A stretch of DNA of 64,000 nt, from UHGV virus genome UHGV-1550212. One strand, given 5' to 3'. The stretch's first letter is position 1, and each line of letters opens with the position of its first letter. The notes beneath the pieces are model-generated. The model saw nothing but the letters and a program-made list of their open reading frames with translations. It searched no databases and was not told the DNA's origin. The translations under genes and the position numbers were made by a program. Source of the stretch: a virus. Of the stretch, positions 38,701 through 47,264 are shown piece after piece.

Positions 38701-39820
38701 CAATGCCATACTGCTTTGCAATGTCATTGTGCTTGTCAAGATTGCTGTTGAGTTCAGCTTCAATTGCTGCTTTGATGTCATCAATTGACTTATCTTCAAC
38801 TTCAAGCTCAAGAGCTTTTGCAAGTTCAGTCAATGCTGCATCATCAAGCTTGCTAATGTCATAAGGCTTAGCATCTTCATTTGTGAAGTCAATGCCAAGC
38901 AAAGACATTGCTTGCTTCTTGTTTTCTTCTGAGAGTGCATCGAATGCAGTTGCAAGACCGACATCGGTGTAGTCGCACCCAACTTCGTCAAGTAATGCTT
39001 CGACTTTCTGGATGTTTTCTACGCCAACTTCGTTAGCATCAGCATTGTTGTATGCCTCAACAAAACGTGATTGGTTTGTCATGGTAGTGAAATCTTCTAT
39101 TGATTCGTTTATGAGTTGCTGTTTGAGTGCATCCAATGATGCTGAGCCAATCAATGCATCAGGGAATAGCTTCTGCAACATACCTGTACGTGCAAGCTCA
39201 ATCAATTGGAGCATCAATGAGTTTGGCGAGTCTTCGTCATCTACAGATTCACAAATGAGAGTGTCTTTTGATTCATTAACTGAACCGACAAGATTGAACT
39301 CTGCATTCGAAAAGCCTGGCTGTGCAACCAAATCAAATGTCACGATTTTGAGAAGCTGAACTCTGCCAGTAGTTGGATTGACTACGCCAAGGGCGCGACT
39401 TGAAATGAACAATGGCGAACCTGCTGTAACAATTGCCCATGCAATGCGACCTGCAGGCGTATCAAGAATTGTAATGTAGCCTTCAAAACGTCGTTTTTCA
39501 GGATTCCATTCAATACTGTCCAATCTGTGGCTTACGTTTCCATAACGTACAGTACGTCGCTTAACATGTTCAAGTTCGCCAAGAAGTCGCTTTGCTTTAA
39601 TTGCAGGTTGCAATGCCTGTACTTGAGCAAAGTAATTCTCAAAGTCATACGTGCGCCCATTTTCGTTTTTCTGGTCCATGTATGCATACACGCCAAAAAG
39701 ACGACCAAGTGCGCCGCTTGGCACATGAGAATCTTCTGCTTCAACTACAAACTGACAATCTGCGCGGCTTTCAAGCATAAGTGAGGCTTCCCTGCCTTTG
39801 TACTTATATGACTTTGCCAT
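35705..39820 (-). CDS. prohead protease-like N-terminal domain fused to ~1200-aa acidic scaffold-like region
   Basis: N-terminal ~190 aa with GELEHVKRR and LFISSRALGVV (gp21-like His/Ser context); remainder highly acidic with nine aliphatic-N-E motifs; ATG at 39820. Confidence 0.5.
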   Translation of the reverse strand: MAKSYKYKGREASLMLESRADCQFVVEAEDSHVPSGALGRLFGVYAYMDQKNENGRTYDFENYFAQVQALQPAIKAKRLLGELEHVKRRTVRYGNVSHRLDSIEWNPEKRRFEGYITILDTPAGRIAWAIVTAGSPLFISSRALGVVNPTTGRVQLLKIVTFDLVAQPGFSNAEFNLVGSVNESKDTLICESVDDEDSPNSLMLQLIELARTGMLQKLFPDALIGSASLDALKQQLINESIEDFTTMTNQSRFVEAYNNADANEVGVENIQKVEALLDEVGCDYTDVGLATAFDALSEENKKQAMSLLGIDFTNEDAKPYDISKLDDAALTELAKALELEVEDKSIDDIKAAIEAELNSNLDKHNDIAKQYGIVECDEALNFDYLDAAWGALTDEVKTEIVEAAKVDDKDAVIAIKSFKDIPAEAQQPIIDAMLDKNLIEKELVNIDESADNKWDELSDDERKVILDKLSLSEFYRPNAKWQLIDKDHKLKIETEFAADEAKHATLGEAWDSFTDDQRQSILSKHIGLPYNAKTKWSGIDIAHHAMLEKDIDAIDEAEAQDNEGKSFMSIWGTMSMLNRATALKAVQPDKSDEDCFQQAHDNEDALGKELVDALKKHLNIDEEQTVEVYDKNGDKITAELTGFNGDKVSFKYNGKESVAIKEGDKYMLYDGRYETVKALDESAAEQAFIDDWNKSDADGRKATAKQANIADDVELVDFDKLPDNVQTALLNAFVNEASDTAADWWYNASVADRNQLIEQVGKDKIGVEDAANATWEMFDNESRNAIAAAIRAQSTDESIEAPYDMSNGINKGDKIVVGTVKNVAGTTEIEVEVWPAGKPEQKITLRFDDKKDHEYLALVDDCDESVDAWNAADVATRKAWLLSKNYLDADSEYYASQPYDSLPVDVQNFVKEFFEAPVDEAAVGDSIKIYDADGNEFEAVVNTIDNNEAGTRLTVTYGESTSGIVAEVDGKWTLVPASEPGKIVNESIVADKLYATYSDTDKSIIDKFYQDDIVKTCIKNIDPDKSTMDDKVAAAYDELIKAQKSAEAVDELEANKSLLIAYIAAQLQDEMVNEGKLSYKPKTAKFINEAAEDNKPTPADVEQIIDGLVDASTITRAQADELVDAVSDAADLDKVENKAQLAEKIAETAEELGLDVDVEECMSMVNEGVDDNIREAVLKDKSYDDFDFRTVERDGSTISVVISKDGQLTGIEVAGDLTDANQKMLSDMLRTYLGAQATDECLTSIKHEIAALRRQTKQLATRYDAAGVAVLDENLQPIDHTPLYLKHMPTAYKYIYESLTPEQKSLIATQAAVRTFVNESDVAAFYRSRNWAAIKSYSTKQPVGFVNENIDGSGKSSLTPEQQRLVDLIRG

Positions 39821-39953
39821 ATTTGAATTGTGTTTGAAAGTTTGCAAATTTTTGTTGTTATTGATTATATATGCAAGGCAGACTTGTGTGTTGAAAAATT
39901 GCAAAATTTCAGTTATGTGTACATAACAAAACCATCCAAATCAATTCAATTAT

Positions 39954-40622
39954 ATGTCAACAAACAATCATGGCAAGCTCAGATTGCTTGAGCTCAAAGA
40001 AGCACAGCCATATGACACGCTCAAAATTGGCATTGACGTATCAGTAGATGCTACTGGCATGTGCATGATATTTGGCAAAACTGTTGCGCTGTTCAAATTT
40101 ACGCCGCACTTGCCACCAGAAGATGACAGTTCAGATGATGTGAATTTTGTGCAGTTCAACAAAATCTATCTGCAAACATCATCTTCTGCAAGAGAACGCT
40201 CAAAAATGCATACTCGACACACACTTGCAAACAAGATTGTTGACGCGATTGATATGTTCATGCAGGAAATTTGGCCGAATAGCCCAGCAAACATTCAAAT
40301 TGTTACAGAAGGGTCTGCATATGGCTATGCCGCACACAACTCTAACAGCTTGGTAGAACTTGCTGAATTTAGAAGCGTGATTTTAGAAAGAGTCTATCAT
40401 CGTTGGCCACTCGGCACGCATCTAAGTCTTGACGTTATTGCGCCAAAATCATTGAAGAAACATGCAACCGGTGACGGCAAAGCAGACAAACTAAAGATGA
40501 TTGAAGCTGCAATTGCTAAGTTGACACACATTCATTGGGCAGGCAAAATTGACGATGAATGCGATGCATTGCATCTTTGTCTGTATGAGCCATTAAGCAA
40601 TCCTGAACCACGACTTTGGTGA
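39954..40622 (+). CDS. RuvC-like Holliday junction resolvase
   Basis: KIGIDVSVDATG (catalytic Asp region), IVTEGSAYG, KSLKKHATGDGKADKLKM and DECDALHLCLY parallel RuvC motifs. Confidence 0.55.
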   Translation: MSTNNHGKLRLLELKEAQPYDTLKIGIDVSVDATGMCMIFGKTVALFKFTPHLPPEDDSSDDVNFVQFNKIYLQTSSSARERSKMHTRHTLANKIVDAIDMFMQEIWPNSPANIQIVTEGSAYGYAAHNSNSLVELAEFRSVILERVYHRWPLGTHLSLDVIAPKSLKKHATGDGKADKLKMIEAAIAKLTHIHWAGKIDDECDALHLCLYEPLSNPEPRLW

Positions 40623-40788
40623 CATTACATCGTACAACATAAGTTTCATTTCAAAAACTCAATTCATATGCAAATCCCTCGTAACTGGGGGTGGGGCACA
40701 ACAAGCCCTCCAAGTCAAAGACGGCGCATTTGACATCACTGTGCGCTTTACATGTGAAAGCTCTACAGCTGCACAATATAAGTACATC

Positions 40789-41049
40789 ATGGTGCACATT
40801 GATGGCTTACATGCAGCAGGTCAATATGCATATCTTGGCGTATCATTGTCACAGACAGGCGTCATATACCATGCAAAGTGGACATCTGGTTCTGGTACAG
40901 GACCTCAAGGCCCATTTAAGCCAGGCACAATTATCAGATTTGGCTTGCACAATTCAGTGTCATCAACTACAACGCCTCGTGCAATGCAAGCAATAGAAGT
41001 TGACGCAAAGCAATTTGGGCAAAATTATGCTATATTGTTTCAGCTGTAG
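40789..41049 (+). CDS. hypothetical small protein (track ORF 40741..41049 with GTG start; first ATG at 40789)
   Basis: ORF track; preceded by GGGGGTGGGG run. Confidence 0.3.
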   Translation: MVHIDGLHAAGQYAYLGVSLSQTGVIYHAKWTSGSGTGPQGPFKPGTIIRFGLHNSVSSTTTPRAMQAIEVDAKQFGQNYAILFQL

Positions 41050-41092
41050 TATTGATTGCAATGGTATGCACTCGTTAACATAAGCATCAAAA

Positions 41093-41121
41093 AACTCCGA
41101 CAGAATTGTTCTGTCGGAGTT
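41093..41121. terminator. bidirectional terminator hairpin
   Basis: 13-bp stem aactccgacagaa / ttctgtcggagtt with A-run before and T-rich after; between convergent genes. Confidence 0.5.
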
Positions 41122-41167
41122 TGCTGTTGTAAACAGCTGTCTTAATGTTTTGCAATCTATAGCAAAT

Positions 41168-42961
41168 TCAATTTTGTGTTGCAACGTCATCAGTCTTGTT
41201 ATCAACTGGCTCATCGTCGACATGTGTATCAACATCAATGCCAGAAGCTGCAGCAAGTGAAACATCATTAGCGACGCCTTGTTGTTCAAGTTGTTGTTGA
41301 GCTTGCTTTGTTTGAATTGCGACAAGTCTTGCAGCTTCCATTGCAAGCTTAAGATTCTCTTGAAGTTCGATATCAAGCTGTTCAGCATTAGCTTGCATGT
41401 CTTCTTTGCTTAAGCCAAGATACTTGTTGATAAGCCAATTGCTTGAGAAGAATGGGCGTTCAGTATCAGACATGTTAAGTGAACGAACAAGTGAACTGCG
41501 AATGTCTTCGATTGTATGAATACGCTTCTGAAGCAATGTGAGCTCCATTTGCGTCTGGAAATGATTGTATCTATTGAATTTGAGTTTTAGCGCATTCAAA
41601 ACTTCATTGTCGCCAATGTAGTTATTGTTTTTGATGCACATCAAAACATACACAGGCTTCAATATGATTGCAATGCCAAATCTACGCATCAAAGCTGAAA
41701 TAAAGATTGCAAAACGACGCTCATCACGCTGAATTGACTCTTCAGAAACATTCCACATGCCACCGCCATCATCGAATCTGCTTAGAGGCAGCTTTGACAG
41801 ACGTTGTAAGTTATTGCGGAAATATGTGACTGCTGAAGTATCAGATAAGTCAGGCATGCCTGTGCCAATTGTTTGAATGTTGGGTTTGCCTGCATTAGTG
41901 TCAGCCATCCAAAATTCGCTATTGAAAGGCACAGATGCTTCGCCATTAACTTGGAGTTCGCCGGTTTGATTGTCGAATTCAATTTTTTCGTGGTACTTAT
42001 TCATTGCTTTACGCAATGTTTCCTGTGCAGCAGCTTTCAGTTTACCGCCAGTAGGAATTGTGATAAGTGAACGAAAACGAGAAGCTGTCGTAGCATATGC
42101 AATGCGACTTCGCTCCAAAATCCTGAGCAAGTTGAATGCACGAACAAGACGCTCAAAATATGACATAGACCCAACCATGTCATCGTTCCACTGCAAATAT
42201 GCTACTTGCGAATCAAGCAAGTTGATTTTTTCTGAGTTGTTAGACACAAATGCTGGTGCTTTGACATCAAACATTGTATGTGTCTTGAACATATCTTGTT
42301 GAGACTTATCATACTGCCAGAAGAACATTTCACCCTTCTTCATAGGCGTCAATGCAAATGCATTCAACTTTTTGATGCCAACAATATCAGTCGGCTCATC
42401 TGCATTATCAAACACAATCTCATAGCCAAGTCTGCCTCGTACAAGATATTCACGCAACAATGCTCTAACATCTTGTTTGCGAGGTTCAGAGTTCAACCCA
42501 TTGAATGCATACATCAAATAGACTTGCTTGAATGCATCCATAAAGTCATCTTTGATTGTCTGCTTTGCTGTGTCGTCTATCTCAAGTTTATCGATGTCAC
42601 AAAAATCAGGCTCGCAAAAGAAATTACTATCGGAATTGAACACGATGCACTCATCAATCATGCGGTCAAGAATGTCGTCGAGTTCCGGTTCTGCACTTAA
42701 GATGTCATATTTTTTGGCTCGAAGATAACTTGTCAATCCAAAAAGATTCTTTTTAGGTGACTCTTTCTGATTGAACACGTCATCAGTAGACAACACAACA
42801 ACTTCTTGGTCATTGATGTTATGCTCACCTGTATATGCTGCTTTCTCCAAATCTGCATCAGACCCAGACTTGTGCACATTCAATTGCTGCAATGGACTGT
42901 CTTTCGGAATTGAGCGTAATGCATCAGTTCCCAGATATGTTCGTTTGGTCTTTTTAGCCAT
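41168..42961 (-). CDS. portal protein (gp20-like), putative
   Basis: 597 aa, basic N-terminus and acidic C-terminal tail; segment KDDFMDAFKQVY...RALLREYLVRGRLGYEIV fits the portal pattern; located upstream of protease/scaffold. Confidence 0.5.
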   Translation of the reverse strand: MAKKTKRTYLGTDALRSIPKDSPLQQLNVHKSGSDADLEKAAYTGEHNINDQEVVVLSTDDVFNQKESPKKNLFGLTSYLRAKKYDILSAEPELDDILDRMIDECIVFNSDSNFFCEPDFCDIDKLEIDDTAKQTIKDDFMDAFKQVYLMYAFNGLNSEPRKQDVRALLREYLVRGRLGYEIVFDNADEPTDIVGIKKLNAFALTPMKKGEMFFWQYDKSQQDMFKTHTMFDVKAPAFVSNNSEKINLLDSQVAYLQWNDDMVGSMSYFERLVRAFNLLRILERSRIAYATTASRFRSLITIPTGGKLKAAAQETLRKAMNKYHEKIEFDNQTGELQVNGEASVPFNSEFWMADTNAGKPNIQTIGTGMPDLSDTSAVTYFRNNLQRLSKLPLSRFDDGGGMWNVSEESIQRDERRFAIFISALMRRFGIAIILKPVYVLMCIKNNNYIGDNEVLNALKLKFNRYNHFQTQMELTLLQKRIHTIEDIRSSLVRSLNMSDTERPFFSSNWLINKYLGLSKEDMQANAEQLDIELQENLKLAMEAARLVAIQTKQAQQQLEQQGVANDVSLAAASGIDVDTHVDDEPVDNKTDDVATQN

Positions 42962-42981
42962 TTTTGTATTGCTTTGAATAT

Positions 42982-44220
42982 CTATACACGTCTTGTCAAT
43001 TTGACATGACCGCAGTCATCTGCAAGCAGTTTAACATGACCGCAGTCATCTGCAAGCAGTTTAACATGACCGCAGTCATAAACTTTGACGAAGCCTGCAT
43101 CAATCATAGTTTGCTCATCATGATTGCAGTCAAGCACATGTGTATGAGTTTTCATATTGTACCAATGCAAGCCGATGTAAAAGTCAGTCTTGTGATATGC
43201 GTCAGTATATAATCGTGGGTCATCTATAGACAAATCAAGTTCGACGCAGTCAGCAGTCTGCAGTTGTTCTGTGTCAGTTAGCAATGATTTGACAAGCTTG
43301 ACTACAGCATCAAATGACATCCAATCAAATACAGTGATGCATCTATAGCCATGTTGCATAGCTGTGCAACATTTGTCAAAATGCGTAGTTGATGCAATTG
43401 GCTTGTTGACTGTAGAACGACCAGTAGCAAAATCAAATGCAAATGTGCTGTTATGCGTAAATGACGGATTGACATCAATTAGCAAATTGTCATATCGCAA
43501 ATCAAATGCGTAGCAATCTACGTCATGTTCATATTCAAAATCAACACCAGTATGCTCAAGTAGCATATCATGTAACAAGACGTTTGGCTTTGTAATGATT
43601 TTGCCATTTGCAAGTCTGCACTTCTGAGTTAAACAATGCCAAGGCACGCCATATCGTTCAAGTGTAGTGTTGCTAATCTTCTGCAAATTGCCAAAACCGC
43701 TGCCATAGCGTAATTGCTTTGTGACTGTTTGCTGTGCAACATTACCATTAGCATGACCAAACTTGTTGATGTTTGTTTGCTTGCGCTTAGCATTTGCAGT
43801 TGCAATATCAACAGATTCAAGTGACTCAAGAAATTTTGACATGTCGCCAAGCCCATTGCCATATAGTTGACGTTTAGTGTCAACAACTTTTGTCATGTTC
43901 CAGTGCTTGTAGCCATATCGAGCTTCTTTTGTCGCAAATGCTTTGTCATAGTTGCCAAAGCCTGCATGACCATATCGTTCAACTTTTGTTGCAGCAATTT
44001 TGTCTGAGACTTCTTTAAGCTGATGTTTGTATTCAACGCCAAACTTGCGCAAATTTGATATGCGAATGTTGAACACTCGTTTGACTTTTGTATGCGTAGA
44101 GCCTTTGTCAAGCTTTGCATATGGAATTTGTGCAAGTGCAGCGTCTCTTTCATCTTCAAGCTCTCTTATTCGAGCTTCAAGTGCATCACCAGCCAAAACT
44201 TCTATGCGTATAGTCTGCAT
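42982..44220 (-). CDS. RYG-repeat / Vsr-DUF559-like nuclease with C-terminal tandem decapeptide repeat
   Basis: N-terminal ALEARIRELEDERD coiled coil, RYG repeats, LLIDVNPSFTHNS...GYRCITVFDW...FVKVYDCGH; C-terminus DCGHVKLLAD repeated three times. Confidence 0.55.
   Translation of the reverse strand: MQTIRIEVLAGDALEARIRELEDERDAALAQIPYAKLDKGSTHTKVKRVFNIRISNLRKFGVEYKHQLKEVSDKIAATKVERYGHAGFGNYDKAFATKEARYGYKHWNMTKVVDTKRQLYGNGLGDMSKFLESLESVDIATANAKRKQTNINKFGHANGNVAQQTVTKQLRYGSGFGNLQKISNTTLERYGVPWHCLTQKCRLANGKIITKPNVLLHDMLLEHTGVDFEYEHDVDCYAFDLRYDNLLIDVNPSFTHNSTFAFDFATGRSTVNKPIASTTHFDKCCTAMQHGYRCITVFDWMSFDAVVKLVKSLLTDTEQLQTADCVELDLSIDDPRLYTDAYHKTDFYIGLHWYNMKTHTHVLDCNHDEQTMIDAGFVKVYDCGHVKLLADDCGHVKLLADDCGHVKLTRRV
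43001..43080 (-). repeat. 30-bp tandem direct repeat (about 2.7 copies) at the 3' end of the nuclease gene
   Basis: ttaacatgaccgcagtcatctgcaagcagt repeated. Confidence 0.85.
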
Positions 44221-44279
44221 TGCAATTTGTTGTCAAATCGCGAACTTCATATGTTGTCATTGACTCATTCATAGTCGCA

Positions 44280-45041
44280 TCAAATCATTCTGTTATCACT
44301 AACTGCAAAGTTGATATTGTTGTCTTTCAGATATTGCATGTATCGCTGAAAAATCTGGTCAGCTGTCAGTTTTTCATAATGATTCGATGGAATGAAGATT
44401 GCTTTAGACCAATCTTCATATTTGAACTCAATCAAGCCTGTCATTCGTGGTGGCAAATATGAACGAAATGCGAATGCTGCGCCATACTTTGTGACAAGTG
44501 AGCCAACTTGCTGCCATGTCATATGCACTGCAGTTTGTTCAGAACGATACATCTCGCCTTTGTATTTAGACGCAAATGCTTTGAAGACAGTCTCAATGAC
44601 AAGAAAACGAACTTCAAGAGGCAAGTGGTGCAAGTTTACACCCATGCTGACTACTGAGCCGTCCTTTGCAATATAATACGACAATGACAAAATTAACGGC
44701 GCGCAGTCGTACCAATCAAGTACATCTGCATGCTTTGGATTGTCATACACAAACATGTACAATTTCCCAGGTTCCATGTACTTTCTGCGAATCTGCACAT
44801 CAGGATTCGTAGCATATGATTTGAACCATGCAGCAGCTTCTCTACCACCGTTTGGCATTTTGTACCATGGATTGCTTCGAATTTCTTTGCCAAGGTCATA
44901 TTGACCGGACTTTACCAAACGATTGAATAATCGTTGTGCTGCAGTCAATATTGAACGTCCTACTGACTTCGCTTTGTCAATAAAAGACGTTTTTGCTTGT
45001 GTATCTAATGAATTAAACTTGGGCATATCTTTATGCAGCAA
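44280..45041 (-). CDS. hypothetical protein (253 aa)
   Basis: ORF track. Confidence 0.45.
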   Translation of the reverse strand: MLHKDMPKFNSLDTQAKTSFIDKAKSVGRSILTAAQRLFNRLVKSGQYDLGKEIRSNPWYKMPNGGREAAAWFKSYATNPDVQIRRKYMEPGKLYMFVYDNPKHADVLDWYDCAPLILSLSYYIAKDGSVVSMGVNLHHLPLEVRFLVIETVFKAFASKYKGEMYRSEQTAVHMTWQQVGSLVTKYGAAFAFRSYLPPRMTGLIEFKYEDWSKAIFIPSNHYEKLTADQIFQRYMQYLKDNNINFAVSDNRMI

Positions 45042-45187
45042 TTATTATCGTTTCGGCTTTGTGACTACATGCCAAGCATTGCATTCTTGACACCACACAG
45101 CTCTCTTTGCTTGTTTAGCGTTTAGCACTGCTTGCTTAGCTACTTCTGCATTTGCAGCAATCTTGTCATAGCATTTCTTTGAGCAAC

Positions 45188-45637
45188 TCATTTGAAGAAT
45201 CGTTCTGTAATGATTTTGAACTTGATATTTTGTTGTTTGCAGTATGCAATGGTGGCATTCCACTTCGCAACATTTTTGCGATATGTTTCTTTCGCATAAT
45301 TTGATGCTGACCGACTTGGACATTGTGTTTCATGCCACGGTTTCACTTCAACGATATATGTAGAATCTGCAGTTTTGAACAAAAAGTCAGGCCAATATGT
45401 ATGAGTTACGCCATCAAGCTCATATACAATTGGCAGAGTCTCAGATGACCAAGCAAGCACTTTTGAACTCATGTCACAAAGCTTGCAAAATCTGAATTCA
45501 AGTGAACTGCGGTATATGATTGTCTTGTCTGTCGCATCTTTGCCTTTGTACTTATCTGGGTTCATACATCTGTAGTAGCCTTGCTTATACGGTCCAGATT
45601 TGTTTGGCTTAAGTTGCTTAATGTTCATTGCAGTCAC
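45188..45637 (-). CDS. hypothetical protein with PD-(D/E)XK-like motif
   Basis: WPDFLF...YIVEVKP suggests a D...E-x-K nuclease core; weak. Confidence 0.35.
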   Translation of the reverse strand: MTAMNIKQLKPNKSGPYKQGYYRCMNPDKYKGKDATDKTIIYRSSLEFRFCKLCDMSSKVLAWSSETLPIVYELDGVTHTYWPDFLFKTADSTYIVEVKPWHETQCPSRSASNYAKETYRKNVAKWNATIAYCKQQNIKFKIITERFFK

Positions 45638-45879
45638 TCATTGTCAGGTTTGACGTCTTTGCAGCCAAACTTATGAACAGCATATTCAAGACCAAGTCGT
45701 TGCAATTCTGCAAATGTCTTGTCTTGTATGTATTCCTTTGGAAATCTGCCATGCCATTTGCCTATTGTAGGCGCACATTCTGAACACATTCGAGGCTTAT
45801 TTTGTAAACGTGCAGACCAATAATAGCCAAGCGCAGTATTTTCAATTGCGCCACACTTTTCACATACAAATAAAGGCAT
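45634..45879 (-). CDS. zinc-ribbon protein (81 aa)
   Basis: CEKCG...CSECAP (CxxC...CxxC). Confidence 0.4.
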   Translation of the reverse strand: MPLFVCEKCGAIENTALGYYWSARLQNKPRMCSECAPTIGKWHGRFPKEYIQDKTFAELQRLGLEYAVHKFGCKDVKPDNE

Positions 45880-45883
45880 GATG

Positions 45884-47263
45884 TCAACTGTTTACTTCCC
45901 ACATGTTATCAATATCAAGTACAGGCCACATTCTACGTTGAAGCTCAACTGTTTGTGACAGTTTGCCTGACTTTGTGTAGTTCCATTTCAATGCAGTGCT
46001 TATGTATTTGCCGCTCAATCGCAAGTTCTTTGCATTCTGAGATACGCTTGGCTGTCGCTTTGGCGAATCTGTTGCTTTCTCATCAGGTTTTGTTGGCTCT
46101 TCAAGCTTGTTCTTGATTGACCATATCTCAACGTTGAGTGTTTTGAATGCATATAGCTGGTTCAGTGTTCGTTGTAATGTGCACGACAAAATTACTCTAT
46201 CAAGCATGCCTTGAGACCAATCATACATTGCAGCAGCTTCATAAAAGTGCTCATGCACATTTGAGTGGTCTGGGTCTCGTTTAGCAAGTTGAATTGCAGT
46301 CTGCTCTGTGTAATCTGCAAAAGTGTCCCAAATCTTATCTGTAGATTCTTGTTTGATGACAGGCTGTGATGTTTGCGCGTATATGCTTTGTTCACCTAAA
46401 TTGTGCTGCATTGACACAACATTAACCGCTGATGGTCTGCGCATAGATGTTGAATTGTATGTCATGCCATATTTTGTGAATCTTGACATCCAATTTTCAC
46501 CATTGACATTGTTATTCAAGATGAGCTTTTGCGGCTTTGGTAATTCTTTGCCGTCAATGTTATCAATTGTTATTGTGTCATCAAGCGGAGTCTCTTCCAT
46601 TTCTGCAAACACATCAACAATCGTCAAACGATACCAAGGGTCAATGAATGCTTTGACAACTTTGTTTTTACCAAGCCACATATGTCGTAATACATGACGT
46701 TTAATGAAGCTTAGATATGTTTCATTGCATTGCAGCCATGTCATTTTGTCATCTGTGCCATCAATGTTTGTGACAAGTCCAAGACCTGTATCTTCGCAAA
46801 TCTTCTTTATGACATCAATGCTTGTCATGTCATCAAATGATTGAACCATTGTTTGCTTCAATGCATCATCGACAAACAAATGTGCAGAAATTCGAATGTT
46901 GCCATTGTCTTGTTCTGCATTATCAATCAAAAAGTCGGCTTTGATGACCTTAAATTCTGTGTCAGCAGTGTTGCCAATGTAAAGCGTTGCGATGTCATGC
47001 ACAAGCGGAAAGTCATTGAACATAAAGTTCGCATTGTCATTAAATGACAACTCAAACTGCGGCAAAAAATCTTTGCCATATGACAGCTCAAAGTACTGAA
47101 TTGACCCAAAGGGCACATTCGTGTTGCACACATACACAAGTGGCACAAGTTTACCTGCAGACTTCAGCACAGATTTTGTCGAGTCTTCATTGACAGGGTC
47201 ATAGTTGACCATTATGTCTCGCACTTCATCAATCAAAGTGCCCTTCAAAACTTCTTTGAGCAT
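45884..47263 (-). CDS. hypothetical protein (459 aa), possibly structural
   Basis: ORF track. Confidence 0.45.
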   Translation of the reverse strand: MLKEVLKGTLIDEVRDIMVNYDPVNEDSTKSVLKSAGKLVPLVYVCNTNVPFGSIQYFELSYGKDFLPQFELSFNDNANFMFNDFPLVHDIATLYIGNTADTEFKVIKADFLIDNAEQDNGNIRISAHLFVDDALKQTMVQSFDDMTSIDVIKKICEDTGLGLVTNIDGTDDKMTWLQCNETYLSFIKRHVLRHMWLGKNKVVKAFIDPWYRLTIVDVFAEMEETPLDDTITIDNIDGKELPKPQKLILNNNVNGENWMSRFTKYGMTYNSTSMRRPSAVNVVSMQHNLGEQSIYAQTSQPVIKQESTDKIWDTFADYTEQTAIQLAKRDPDHSNVHEHFYEAAAMYDWSQGMLDRVILSCTLQRTLNQLYAFKTLNVEIWSIKNKLEEPTKPDEKATDSPKRQPSVSQNAKNLRLSGKYISTALKWNYTKSGKLSQTVELQRRMWPVLDIDNMWEVNS

Positions 47264-47264
47264 G

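Noticed and set aside
43001-43080. Possible CRISPR array
   Set aside because: Only about 2.7 contiguous copies of a 30-bp unit with no spacers; it is an in-frame coding tandem duplication
42964-43212. Plus-strand ORF with repeated MTAVICKQFN peptide
   Set aside because: Artefact of the 30-bp tandem repeat read on the antisense strand of the nuclease gene
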